Positions 40,701-51,864 of a stretch of DNA of 64,000 nt are shown here, piece by piece. Source of the stretch: Laetmonice hystrix (Eukaryota); contig OZ249442.1 of assembly GCA_965235115.1 (NCBI GenBank), positions 27,714,001-27,778,000 on the forward strand, read 5' to 3'. A program made the translations under genes and the position numbers. The notes below the pieces were generated by a model. It did not search any database, was not told where the DNA came from, and saw only the letters and a list, made by a program, of their open reading frames with translations. Positions within the stretch are counted from its first letter, which is position 1. The number at the start of each line of letters is the position of its first letter.

Positions 40701-42276
40701 ATCTACGATCTACCCGACCATCAAGTCTAGTCGGAGTAGCCCCACATACGCGATGACAACGTCATGACCCAGACCATCGAGTCGGTAATCTTCAACATCT
40801 CATGATGACCGACCCGGTTTGATCGGGGATAAAACACCGGTCCTAAAGCCCGCCGCACACCTTCACGACTGATCTCACACATTCTCACGACTCTTGCGTT
40901 ACAACTGCCGCCGATTCCCGCCAAATGATCATGCGAACCTAGCGGATGCTTCAGGAATCTGTGCGGCAACGTCATGGATTCAAAATGGAAGAAGATAAAG
41001 CTGGCAATCGACACCATCGCATATTGGCGACTGATGCGACGTCACGGGCAAGAAATGGCTACGAAGACGCGAGTCTGGAAGAGTCTAGGTTAATATGTTA
41101 CATTTCCAGAAAGGCTATTTCGCAAATCTTGTCACTGAACTTAAGGAGAAAGATGCAATGACGTTCATATCCCGACGTCTTTGACAGAATCTTGTCGCTG
41201 ATAACCCCCCCCCCCCCCCCCCCGATCCAACGTAAAGACACTTTTCTACCGAAAGTGCATATCTCCAGTCGTCATGACGTGCCACGTGATCCTGCGGCGT
41301 GCTGTGATTGGTTGCGGCTGCCGATGACAGCTGACTGGTGCGGCTCCCGATTAACATTTTGAATCGGCTACGATTCTGCCCGACTGCAGTCATGAGGCAA
41401 CTCCCACCAGGTTTCCGACGTCGGCTCGGCTAAGATCGGCTCAAATCGCAAATGATAGCCTAATCGGCTAAAATCCAGACTAGGCGCGATGACCCCGGCC
41501 CCACATACCGACCCGATGGTCGGCGACCATCCCACCTTACCGAGTCAGGTGGCGAGTAGGCAGTCCCGAGTTAACTCATTAAAACTCATAGTAGATTGTA
41601 ACACTCGTCATATAGCTCGTAGGCCTACGTATTAGGCCTATAAAGCCGGCCACACCAAGAAAACTGGGTCAGTGGCAGAGACTGACCCGTCGGGACCAGT
41701 TTTATGGTCTAGGCCTATTAATTAACACCGACCCACCCTCATACAACCTTTATGTTAAAACAGGGCTATGTGCTTGTGCGCCCCAACACACCAAAAAACC
41801 TGACCTGCTAATCTTCACTATTTCATTTCAAAGTAGGAAAACCATATAAGTAGAAAGAACCATAAGTCGAAAAAAAAAAGTTTTACTGTAATTCTATTAT
41901 AATTAAAAAAGTGATAAAACTCATAAAAAGGATTAGGCTACAGGGTTCTCGCCAGAAATTTTCGACAGCGTAGTGGTCAAACTAAGGGCAGAGCCCTGGT
42001 TAGGGGTACAGGAGGGGCAAACCCCAAGCTCAGGTAATTTAGGCTATTTTAGAGCCTTATCTTGTGACATTTTACCGGTATTCCTGTGGGTTCTGTTGAA
42101 TTTAGACAAGTTTTTGCCGCTACGCTGGTCAAGAGACAATGTAGCGGCCTCAAGTCAAAGACAGTGTAGTGGCCTGTAGTGGCCAGTGTAGTGAATTGTG
42201 CATGTGACATGGGCCTGCACTCGGCTCACCCACGATTGACTCCGTCATATCTCGGCTGTACGACGAAGGTCGCCAT
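33267..42276 (-). CDS. Inferred multi-exon gene: tandem CARD-like (death-fold) domains plus BTB-Kelch
   Basis: Phase-compatible GT-AG exons: 42276-42230 (optional; ATG at 39107 is an alternative start), 39150-39072, 38942-38778, 38590-38452, [37393-37320, 37243-37057, 37002-36908, and an unresolved exon], 36189-35756, 35417-35267, 34732-33267. Exon pairs translate to CARD-like helices. Confidence 0.65.
35024..35278. repeat. Minisatellite, 77-bp unit, ~3.3 copies, overlapping a splice donor
   Basis: Units start at 35024, 35101, 35178 and 35255; the last one contains the exon end AGA A|gtaagt. Confidence 0.92.
35267..35417 (-). CDS. Exon: C-terminal half of a CARD-like domain
   Basis: ttttccag|REPDRALRERNLRLLEFLQQKPLDQVYGFLKVLRVSGQTQVIQRLGYSVR|gtaagt; phase 0 to phase 1, 151 nt. 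Confidence 0.72.
35756..36189 (-). CDS. Exon: DGPDTS repeat linker plus N-terminal half of a CARD-like domain
   Basis: ttattgcag|GA ... MTLEQLVKKDLQDATSDIRDLIDPDAILDVGLCKTILNASETERVK|gtgaga; phase 1 to phase 0, 434 nt, open throughout. Confidence 0.7.
36908..37002 (-). CDS. Exon: N-terminal half of a further CARD-like domain
   Basis: ttcttacag|TG ... TIPDDFRVFEQLLPKMADLGVLSGDEVSELQ|gtgagt; same phase-0 break point as the other N-halves. Confidence 0.55.
37539..37552 (+). promoter_or_regulatory. CTCF consensus match
   Basis: CCACCAGGGGGCGG fits CCRSYAGRKGGCRS exactly; sequence match only. Confidence 0.35.
38452..38942 (-). CDS. Two exons (38942-38778, 38590-38452) forming the first CARD-like domain
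   Basis: HIRQRLMSQRVASRENLWINDEFLNHLQKEEVLNISVTEEVK|AKPAGNARSILFFDLMSRRSMWHYAKLIDSLMVTGREHVASLLPP; canonical ttccag/gtaact and tttcag/gtaagt sites, phases 0/0/1. Confidence 0.75.
41065..41207 (+). mobile_element. PIF/Harbinger transposase N-terminal relic, inside a ~40526-41560 remnant with ccgacc/ggtcgg subrepeats
   Basis: RVWKSLG*..KGYFANLVTELKEKDAMTF / (frameshift) PDVFDRILSLITP resembles the Harbinger motif G.Y..L..EL...D...F..FLRM.P..FD.LL.LV.P. Confidence 0.6.
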
Positions 42277-42820
42277 GCTGGGGGGTGGGGTGGGTGGGTG
42301 GCTAGGTCGGGACCACTGACCCGGATGTAAACAACAAACTCGCGCGCTGCCGCCGTGCCGAAAATGTAGAACTCCCTAGTGTCGGACTTTATACAAAGTC
42401 AGAATATCTGGGTTTCCTCCCAGGTGAAGAAGAGACTGTTTTGTCTCCACGATAGAAAATTCGAGGTATAGGTATGCTGAGAAATTATATTTGAACTAGG
42501 CCTATGTGCCTGTGCGTAGGGGTCGACTATTTACTCTCTGTGTTCATGTGCGACCGCTTTACACTACTTTGCACGAAAAAAGGGAAAATGGCCGCTTCAT
42601 ACATCCGAGGCCTGCTTCGCCTCCGGATATGACCTAGAAACAGCCAATCAGAAGCAGCGTCGGTGTTCCGATCGAGTGATGGGCCTGTTGGCCAAACTCC
42701 AAACAGCTAGCTGAGGTCGGTCGAATCACTCCGTTAACGCTGACCAACGGAACGGAAGCGGAAGTGCTTAGAGTTTGATCACTTCCGTTTCGCGGTTTTC
42801 AAACGCATCCGCAAACATAG

Positions 42821-42865
42821 TAGACTCGACGACCAGCGAGAAAAAGGGTCTGGTGATCGAGACTA
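42821..42865. mobile_element. 45-bp miniature TIR element with 9-bp TSD (Mutator-like)
   Basis: caaacatag|TAGACTCGACGACCAG..CTGGTGATCGAGACTA|caaacatag. Confidence 0.75.
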
Positions 42866-43046
42866 CAAACATAGCGGATGCGTTTGGTAGGCAGGGGACC
42901 AGGCTAGCAATAGTTGTCGAACTATTGCCCATGGGAAATAGTTCGCCAAATCGTTGCGTGAGAGCAGGCCTACACTTGGTTTTGAATTTATATGAAAGAG
43001 AGATTCAGGTCTAGGAGTAGGCCTATACGAGTGGCATCACAGTGAG

Positions 43047-43487
43047 CAGGCGCGGATCCAGAGGGAGTTTTGGGGGGTCATGACCCCCTTCCCCTGCTCT
43101 CGGCCATTCCCCCCTCTCTTTCCAATAAACATGCATTAGGCCTAATCAGTGGAGAATCCAGGATTTTGATAAGGGGGTGGGCTCACCTAACTTTTTTTGT
43201 TGCCTCGCTACGCTCGGCATGATTTCATTTTGGCAATGCATCTTCACACAAAAAAAGGAAAATCTAAGAGAGCTGAGCCCCCCCCCCCCCCAATCCCCTA
43301 CTAGGCCTAGTACACAATATTAATTTTGACCAATAAGGTCGGCGCCGAAAGCTCTTCAGTTTGATGCTGAGAAGCCGGAAAATAGCATCTAGAGTCTGCC
43401 TTTTATAGGCCTAGGCCTAGCTATTCCCAAACATTCTCAGTCGGTGCACCCCCCCCCCCCTGCAAAAAAATCCTGGATCCGCCCCTG
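43047..43487. mobile_element. MITE, CAGG(C/G)GCGGATCCAG TIRs, 5-bp TSD (gtgag)
   Basis: gtgag|CAGGCGCGGATCCAG ... CTGGATCCGCCCCTG|gtgag; a second TIR-like start lies internally near 43145. Confidence 0.82.
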
Positions 43488-43675
43488 GTGAGTGTGGCAG
43501 TGGCATCACAGTGAGTGATGTCTAACTAATATAGGTCACACTCACTTGTAGGCAGAGAATAAAAATGACACACCCAGTCGCCGGGAATCGCTATATATGT
43601 TTACTTTTGAAAGAAATGCATACATGTAGGGCCTAGGTAGGTATAGATCTAGGCCTAAGCTATGGCGTATGAAAT

Positions 43676-43878
43676 ACATGTTGACTAGCCTTATTCGGGC
43701 AACAGCATGCATAGACTCTATGTCTGTCCCCCCCCCCCCCCCCCCCGGTCGGGCCATGTTGATCACCCCGAAATCAATCTATTTGCCGAGGGCATATGAT
43801 TGATTTTGGGGTGATCAACATGTCCCTCGGGGGGAACAGACATATGCATGCTGTTGCCCTCTTGACCAGTCAACATGT
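43676..43878. mobile_element. ~200-bp palindromic (foldback) element
   Basis: Inner stem 43755-43779/43798-43822 matches at 24/25. Outer arms acatgttgact..gggcaacagcatgcat..atgtctgt pair with 43832-43878. Confidence 0.7.
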
Positions 43879-44269
43879 GTAGGCCTATAGGCCTACTATT
43901 GTAACTCGGGACTTCTCGGCTTAAGCGGGTCAGATCATGGGAGGAGTAGATCTAGCCTAAATTTCTTTTTTTTCAAATGACGATTTTGCTACGTCAATAT
44001 CCCAATAGGCCTATAGATCTAGGCCGACTCAACTGGTATCTCTGGATATCCGGAACCCTAGACAGAACATTGTCCCAGTAGCTTGTCAGTTCTGGTGACC
44101 ATACCACTGAAGCACCCGAACCCCACACGTGTAGTGATACTGTGATATCGGCCACACGTGTAGGCCTAGATCTCGTGGTTAGATCATGGTAGAAGCTCCC
44201 ACAATTCCCCAGATTACCACGATTTCACTACAAGTTCAGCTCGGTATTACTCGTTGTCCATTAGAATGA

Positions 44270-44600
44270 AAAGTGTGAGAGTAGCTTCTAAAGGATTAAT
44301 GAACTTGCTGACCTTTCTGAAATCTCGGGACGGTGTACGTGTATGTCTCAGGACATATGTTGACGTCAACCCACATCAAACTATATCCAATGTATGGGGG
44401 TGGGTCAGTGGTAATAGACGAATGCGACAGAATCGTGACGTCACGGTAACACTTGTCCTTACACAAACAGGTCGCTGGTCCAGTGTACCCAGGGACGAAC
44501 GTGTGTGTTCGTGTGGAGAGCACGTTGTGTGCAGGTGTAGGCCTACTACTAGAACGGAACATATACGTGCGCCATATCCTGATCTCGCCTTTACAAACAT
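44270..44600 (+). mobile_element. LINE ORF2 C-terminal relic (CR1/L2-group-like)
   Basis: TYVDVNP...TGRWSSVPRDERVCSCG..HVVCRC resembles the ETGRW/PREERLC zinc-knuckle tail of these LINEs. Confidence 0.55.
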
Positions 44601-44676
44601 TCGTTGTTTTTTGCAGCTATAGGGGCCTACTTGCCGTAGCAGCGAGGTCTCTTCGCGAATTTACATGATTGTGTAC

Positions 44677-44936
44677 CATAGGCGGAGCCAGGATTTTGTA
44701 AGGGGGCAAAATTGGGCCAAGTGGAGCTTCAAGTAAACTGACAAGTAAAAAAAAGAGGGCCTGACAATCCAACAGGCAAAAAAAAAAAGGTCAGTGTCCC
44801 AATATCGACAAGCTCCCTCAGCCGGGGGGGGGGGGGGTCCTTAAATTAACAGAAAACACTAGAATTTTTTTTTTTAAACTCGGGCTGGGGGGGGGGGGCA
44901 AATCCCCCCCCCCCCCCACCCCCGGATCCGCCAACG
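44677..44936. mobile_element. MITE of the GGCGGATCC family, imperfect 5-bp TSD (tgtac/tgtag)
   Basis: CATAGGCGGAGCC ... GGATCCGCCAACG. Confidence 0.6.
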
Positions 44937-45167
44937 TGTAGATCTATAATCGTCTTTGTAGGCCCCTTTATATAGATCTTCTATCTTTATTAATGGGCAT
45001 CTTGGAAGTAGAATCTAGGCCCAATTGGTGCGACTAGAATATTCGTATTTTTGGTATGTTTACCTACTCGGTGCTCTGCTCGCTATGTCAATATGGTGTT
45101 GTACTATCGTCGAATGTATCAATAAAACTATTTTATCTATCTACGACAGGTTCGCTATATTGAAATT

Positions 45168-45446
45168 TCATGACTTCTCCATGACTTTTCCAGACCCAAA
45201 CTCCCAAATTTCATGACCAATTCCGGATGAAATTAACAAAATAGACTAAAATCCCAGTATTGACCCCTATATAGTACGTTCTGAAACTTTACCCAATGTG
45301 CAGAAACTGAAATGTGATTCAGAAGAAATCTCAAATTCCATGACTTTTCCATGACTCTCCCTCGTTTTTCTATTTTCCATGACTTTTCCAGGCCTGGAAA
45401 ACCAAATTTCATTTTCCATGACTTTCCATGACCGTGGGAACCCTGT
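45168..45446 (-). mobile_element. Partial hAT-type MITE with ccatgacttt subrepeats
   Basis: Terminus CAGGGTTCCCACGGTCATGGAAAGTCATGG on the minus strand; a related piece lies at ~29475-29555. Confidence 0.5.
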
Positions 45447-46187
45447 ACGAGATATGTGCGGGACGTGTCACGGTCTGGGTGGTCTCAGTTGTAGAGGTGA
45501 TCCGTCAGATGGCAGCACTGCATGCGGTGGCCACCTGGTGTCATGTTTAATCTGCCTTATCACTGCCTCATTCGGGCATTACTGGTAACACGATTGTGGT
45601 CGTCAAAATGTTTATTTGTAATCTCTGTAGTGCTGTGTAGGACGAGGTGGTGATCATACATCCGGTGATCATTATTACAAAGTTAAAAAATAACACCCAA
45701 CTCTGAAAAAAGTGACACTTTCTACCTTGTGTACTACTGAATATGAATATATTGAGAATAGAGTCAGTAGGAGATTTTCTTGTACAAAATACTGCACACT
45801 TCCATGTAACTTCTTAACTTGTTGGAAAAGGTATACAAGTATGATTTTATACCATCTTAAATGCTGGAATGTTTGTAAATTGACAATAAAATACCTGTAA
45901 CACTCAATCTCAATACAATGTTTGGTGTATCTCAATTTTCCAAAGCAACCTCATACACATACTGGTGTGCTTGCAGTCTTGGAAACCAACATGTTCTTCC
46001 TGAGTAGAAGAGTCAGGGCAAGCAACACAGAACACCGATAATGAAATAAATTCTGGAAACTATTTGTCAATAACTTCCGCGTTAACACATTCATCCTCTA
46101 CACTTTCAATGCTTCACGTAATCACTCAGTCCATGCAACATAATTAGTAAACATTTTTCATGTAAATTTGTACAAAAAAAGTTTCTA

Positions 46188-49100
46188 TCATTCCTTTTGA
46201 GCTTCCTTTTTATCCAAACTACCAGAATCAGTATTTTCCTTGCTGTCCCCATTTTCTTTCTTTTCATCTTTTTTTGTTGAGCTCCTGGAGAAAAGACCTT
46301 TGACTTTCGCCAGCAGTCCCTTCCGGACTCTGGGATCATGAACGATGAACCTTCGTGTGGTGAGGTTGTGTATCGACCCAAAGGCGATGGCGACGGCGGT
46401 ACATGCCAGACAGATGACATTATACGGCATACTGAAGTCTGGCGTGGGAAGACTGACGAGTAGGGTCTCAGTGTGGAGGCGAACAAACGAGGAGCTTGAC
46501 TGATTGGTCAGTCTGCAAACACCACCAACAACAACGGTTTGAAAGTTTTCTCAAGGGAAATTGTTATCTTGAAAAAAAGGGCGGGAAAAATATAAAATAA
46601 TATCTTTATAATTATGGCACAAGGTTGGCTCTAAGAGCCCTTCCACAACCGTGACTATATGACAGACTGGTATTGAAGACTTTAGTTGTAAGGCACTCAC
46701 AGGCCACTGATGCGCACACTGTCCTGTGGGGGTACAGTGTATTCGACATCCTCAGGTAATACAGCACTGACAACAGCACTGTTTACGTAGAACCCGTGGT
46801 TGGCGTCAGGCGGGTACTCGGTCCATGTGAGAAGGGCGCGGTCAAACTGGACAGAGAGTTTACTGACCGAGTGAGGTGGCAGTCGGAGAATTGACTCCAA
46901 TTGGTGGGGTCGTGACCTGTCACGTCCTGGTACGTAGTGCGTATATACTGTAACCACGTAGGTTCGCCATGAGAGGGAGAAAATGAAAGAACTCGGGCAT
47001 CAATAACTGGAATCGATCTCATATCTCATAACTTTTCTCATACTGAAAGTCAGGTATATATGGGGTCTTCTGATTTAGGAATGTTCACATTTAAAGAAAC
47101 AGCGACATCAAGAAATGTTAATTTAATACACGTCATTCACTTTTGACAGAGAATGCCATTGCTAAAACGCCAATTTAAGAAACTGCAAATGAAAAACGAA
47201 AAGAAAAGTTATATTTTATCCTCCCACATCAAAGTGATTTACAGTATAAAAATATTTAAAACTCATTGATCAAATTATGTCAGGAGTTTTTGCAACCTGT
47301 ATTTTGTTTTGTTTTCCGACTCAAGTATGTAACGGGTAGCCGAGTTAAAACGTTACCCACATGGTTTGACGACTGTGCCGTTCTCACTCGGCTTCATCTC
47401 CAGACTATAGGTTCGCACAGTCAGGGTGTGTAGGTAAGTCCTTAGATACCAAGGAAACACCTCCAAATAGCTGACAGTAATGGCAGACGTAGGGTGGCTG
47501 TTATACAACAGGCACGTAACACCTCCTTTCTCCTGGCCATAACCTTCAAAATGTAACAAAATTAATCATTTAACCTTCAAAATGTAACAAAAGTAATCAT
47601 TTAACCTTCAAAATGTAACAAAAGTAATCATTTAACCTTCAAAATGTAACAAAATTAATCATTTAACCTTCAAAATGTAACAAAATTAATCATTTAACCT
47701 TCAAAATGTAACAAAATTAATCATTTAACCTTCAAAATGTAACAAAATTAATCATTTAACCTTCAAAATGTAATAAAATTAATCATTTAACCTTCAAAAT
47801 GTAACAAAATTATCATTTACTGCTCTTCCATCATGTGTAATTGGTAAATAGATTCCTTTTTTGTAACTTGCATCCAGAATATACACCTGTTCTCAACACT
47901 GCTGTATTATCTTTGAATCTCAGAAAGAGTTTTAGATTTGGATAAAAGTGTACAATATAAACTGATAATATACCGGTTTGAAAGCGGTGAGCTCGTAGGA
48001 CTGGTGGGTCTATGACACTGTACTCAAAGTTTTTGTTATATTTGACGGCTAGGTTCAATACGTGGTGACTCGTGGTAAACTGTGGTACGTCGTACACGGC
48101 ATAGCGTAACTTCTGGTTGCCCCTCATCATCGTGACCACTTCCCCTGGCTGGGGGCTCAGTGTAAAATAGTAAACTAGGGTCTGCATATGAAAAACAACG
48201 AACACCATCAAACAATTTTCACTCACAACATTTGACCTAACGACGCTTCTCTATTGAGAGTTGGGCCCAAGAATGACTTATTAATCTCTAAATATATATT
48301 TTTAAAAGTCATTTTATTTATTCTGGCAACCTTCAGCTCACTGCTGATGTTCTATGTTCTAACCATGTCAACTAACCATGGCAACCTACCTGTTTTCACT
48401 GTACTTACTTTATTGCTCGTTATATCAACGTAGACTTTACTGGTCGATGCCAACGGGCAGGCCAGAGCAAGGTTACGGCTGAACAACTTCCGGAATGACC
48501 AGTCTGTGCAATCAATAAATCAATTTGATAATGTCCTAGATCTTTGAAAACTAGGCCGTGACTGTGACAGGTTATTTTCTGTTTGTCGTCATGAAGTTCA
48601 ATCACAAAAACTTGAAATGAAAAATACATCGTACATAAAAACACTGAGCTCTGCACATCCAAGTGTGTACAAAATGTTGGTAGAGGAATCAAAACGAAAT
48701 AATGAGTAAATTCATATCCTGTCAAAAAGTTGTGAAGCTTGCCTTGTTTTCCATTCATGATAACAGGAGGTTCAAAAACCAGGCCAAGGTTCAAACTGAG
48801 TTCAACCGAGGTCATCTCACAGTCAGCAACCTGAAAGAACAAACACTCGGAGTCAGCTAGGGTTTCTTAGAAAATACATATCCCAATTCTTAAACTGAGC
48901 TACTCAAAGCATGTCAGTGCTGTGACAATTTCTAGTTGGATTTTTAAAAACTTACCCGACAGACAGGTCGAAAATGGATACCGATGGAATGGTAACTTGT
49001 GTCGTATATTTTTCCAGCATTCATCAGTGATGACAAACCCGCCTAGAGGATTAAAAAACAACCAATAAGATAAACTAACAAAACATGAGAACGAAAGCAT

Positions 49101-51093
49101 TATTACATGGAGTGAAAGGGGCAATAGGATATGTACCCCAGACCTCATCCCTAAAGAAGTTCTTGATATAGTCCATACATTTTTCACACCCTCAAAAAAA
49201 AGTTTACAAATTTCTCCAGCTGACCTTTGAGCCACATGGCAGGAGTTTCTTCCAAGGGGTGAGATTCTCAGTGCAGACATTTTCTCGTGGTAGTGCAGCA
49301 TAACGAACAAGGTTTTTCCCAAACCTTGTGTATACATCTGAAGTGGCCCCTTGTGGTTGAAAAGAGTACTTTGGGACAATTGTAGTCTTACTGTCCATAA
49401 AATTCAGCGATGCACAAAACATGCCTGACAATACGTTGATTAGGTCAGTCCACACTTGATCCACACTGCAAAGTAAGGCAAGAAAAAATTACAGCATCAT
49501 TATTACGAAGAAAATATCAGTTTCAGATATTTTTCAGTTTCTACATCCTGCCTCCTATAGCCCTCACCAGGTCACCTCATACATTAGGCACTGGCCAATG
49601 GGAGACTCGAAATAATTGTGTTAGTCTTTTCCACATGGCAGCATCACGATCTCCTCGGTCCCCCATGGCTACACATTAGTACGATGGGAGTACGAGAGGA
49701 TGATAAAATGCTAACTTGTAGCAGGGTGCCGTAGTGCTGTTAGTTATGGAATATTATGGTGCGTTTAGGAGCTATTCAATTTCTTCAAGGAAAATAATAT
49801 TTTGGCTCGAACGCAAAACTACAGGTCTGTAACTTTATAAAAATCTGGCCACTTACTTGTGTGTACCTTCCTGAAACCATACCCAGAGTTCTGCACCAGG
49901 GGGCGCTGCAGTCAGGGGGTAGCCCCATTTTCTGTAGTCCCAGAGTCCTGCAGTCAAACTCAAGTGCAGCTCCTGAACATGGTACTCGGCCAGCACTTCA
50001 CCCAGAGACTTGGGGAACAAGTGGAAGTGCTGGACTGAAAATAAGGGTGGGGGAAAAAAGAAATGATTTTAGTCAGTGCAGGGCTGCCAAGTTTTTGTGA
50101 AAAGCTTGCGGGTGATGGCGAGCACCAATGGCGCAAAGTAATGCTAGGGGAGTCTGGGGACATGCTCAGCCTCAATCGGCAGATGTTTGCCCAGATATCG
50201 CAGAGGAGATGAGAGTTATTACGTTTAACTCAACTGAGACCTGTTACATCAGCAATAATGAGAGTGGCATCACGGTAAACATGATCTTTTCTTTGCTATT
50301 CTAATTTCTATACATTTAAACTAGGCCTAAGTGCTATTTATTTGAAATTATCACTCTACTGTGTAGTCTTTATTGGGGACTCTGTCTTGCTTAACTTCTG
50401 AGACTGGTAGGGGGCTTGCTCAAATCTGATGCCATTTTTAAAAGCTTGAGCAAGCTTGCTCAAGTGGTTTTCCGACCTGGGCCCTGAGTGCGCGACACCG
50501 GTGTCGCGGTCTGTTTTCTCTGCGGTCTGAAATCTCCGGGAGGTTAGCTGCAGAGTCGTGTGTATTTGTATCGTTATCGGTTAACTATCCGAAATATCAG
50601 GTCTGGATTGAGTCTCACGTAATAACCCCTTTCTTCTCCGTCAGTTTTGGTCCACAATTTGCCTATCCAGGCTGTCGTTTATTACTGTTTGGAAGAAAAC
50701 TCCACCGTCCATCAGCTAGCAGATGACCGGAGGTGTGAGCCCAAAGTGCGACACGCGCGTGCTCACGTCGTCAGGTTCGGTCTCTATACAATAGGAAACC
50801 ATGCACCCGGAGATTACAAACCGGCGGAGAAAACAGACCGCGACACCGGCCCAGGCCCCGGGAAAAGCCAGACCTACCGCCCGGCTGAACTGTCACTTAC
50901 ACGAACTGGCATCGCCTGGGGTAACGTTCCAGTTGGTCGTGAACTGGAAATGGCCATACAGATGTCCGCTTGGTAAAGGCTTTAGGAAAAGCTCCTCGTG
51001 GAATTCGTCGTCAACCTGTGCTCGACTTTTGTGAATTAGAAGAAGGAAAAATACACAAAGTGGAAGTACCGACATTGTCCTGGGCGCCGCCAT
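46188..51093 (-). CDS. PIGT: GPI transamidase component PIG-T (Gpi16), 10 exons, 614 aa
   Basis: Exons 51093-50901, 50034-49857, 49465-49225, 49042-48956, 48830-48743, 48503-48409, 48181-47974, 47543-47361, 46947-46701, 46512-46188 total 1845 nt and are all phase-compatible. Signal peptide; [80 protein letters not shown] plus TM helix. Confidence 0.97.
47541..47818. repeat. Minisatellite, 31-bp unit, 9 copies, each containing the PIGT exon-8 splice acceptor
   Basis: Unit aaccttcaaaatgtaacaaaattaatcattt at 47541, 47572 ... 47789. Confidence 0.95.
50498..50849. mobile_element. ~350-bp element bounded by ~43-bp imperfect inverted repeats in PIGT intron 1
   Basis: ccggtgtcgcggtctgttttctc..aatctccggg pairs with cccggagatt..gagaaaacagaccgcgacaccgg; no TSD found. 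Confidence 0.5.
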
Positions 51094-51301
51094 ATTGCCG
51101 ACTGCAGTGAATCCAATTCTTCCCTCTGATTGGTGGAACGTTACCCTGCCTATCATAGGCCCTAGGTGGCGCCACACAACACAGCTCTGTGGCGCCATCT
51201 AGGGCCTATGGCTGAAGGGCCTAACCGCAAAAAGTTCCAAAAATGACACCCGGCTCAGCGACGGGGCAACAGTGACCCGGCTGCAGGGAAGCATCCTGAA
51301 G

Positions 51302-51535
51302 TCGTGGCTTTCTCGTTGCAAAGATATCCACCACTTTATCAAGTTCTATACTATAGGCTATCTATGACCTCTTTGTGCATGAAGAGGAGCAAGAGGGCAT
51401 TGAGCCTGCTCTCCCCCATCCTGTTCCTCCTATCCGTCATTATGCCTAGCTCCCTCAACTTGGGAGCACCTAGTCCGAAATTTTTTAAGTGTCTGTCCGG
51501 TCGGGCCTCAGGAATGGCCTCAACTTGGGAAAACC
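51302..51535 (-). mobile_element. hAT transposase C-terminal dimerisation-domain relic
   Basis: F.KLR / IMTDRRNRMGESRLNALLLLFMHKE / IELDKVVDIFATRKPR, in broken frames. Confidence 0.7.
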
Positions 51536-51864
51536 GCACCGTAGGCCTACTTTGGGTGTCACTTGATTTTCCATTTTCCAGAGCGGGTGGGGGGCAATTG
51601 CCCCTCTACCCCCTGTATCTCCAGACTTCTCCCGCTTCTAAAGGCGGGAGAACTCCCGAATTTGGGGGTTATTTGCCCTTTTCTCCCGATCTCCCGTCTG
51701 CATTCATTTGTAGAAAAAGACAGTTGATGGTGCTCACATGTGGCCTCTCTGTCGTTCTTTGGCCTATCTTGCAGGCGCCCCCTCATGAATTATGGATAAG
51801 AATATTATTGTATTTACAAGACGTTTGATCACTGGTACCGTTTTTGCCTACCAAGGGGGGAAAT

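Noticed and set aside
46188-46260. ER-retrieval KKxx at the PIGT C-terminus
   Set aside because: The tail ends KKEAQKE, so the lysines are not at -3/-4 or -3/-5.
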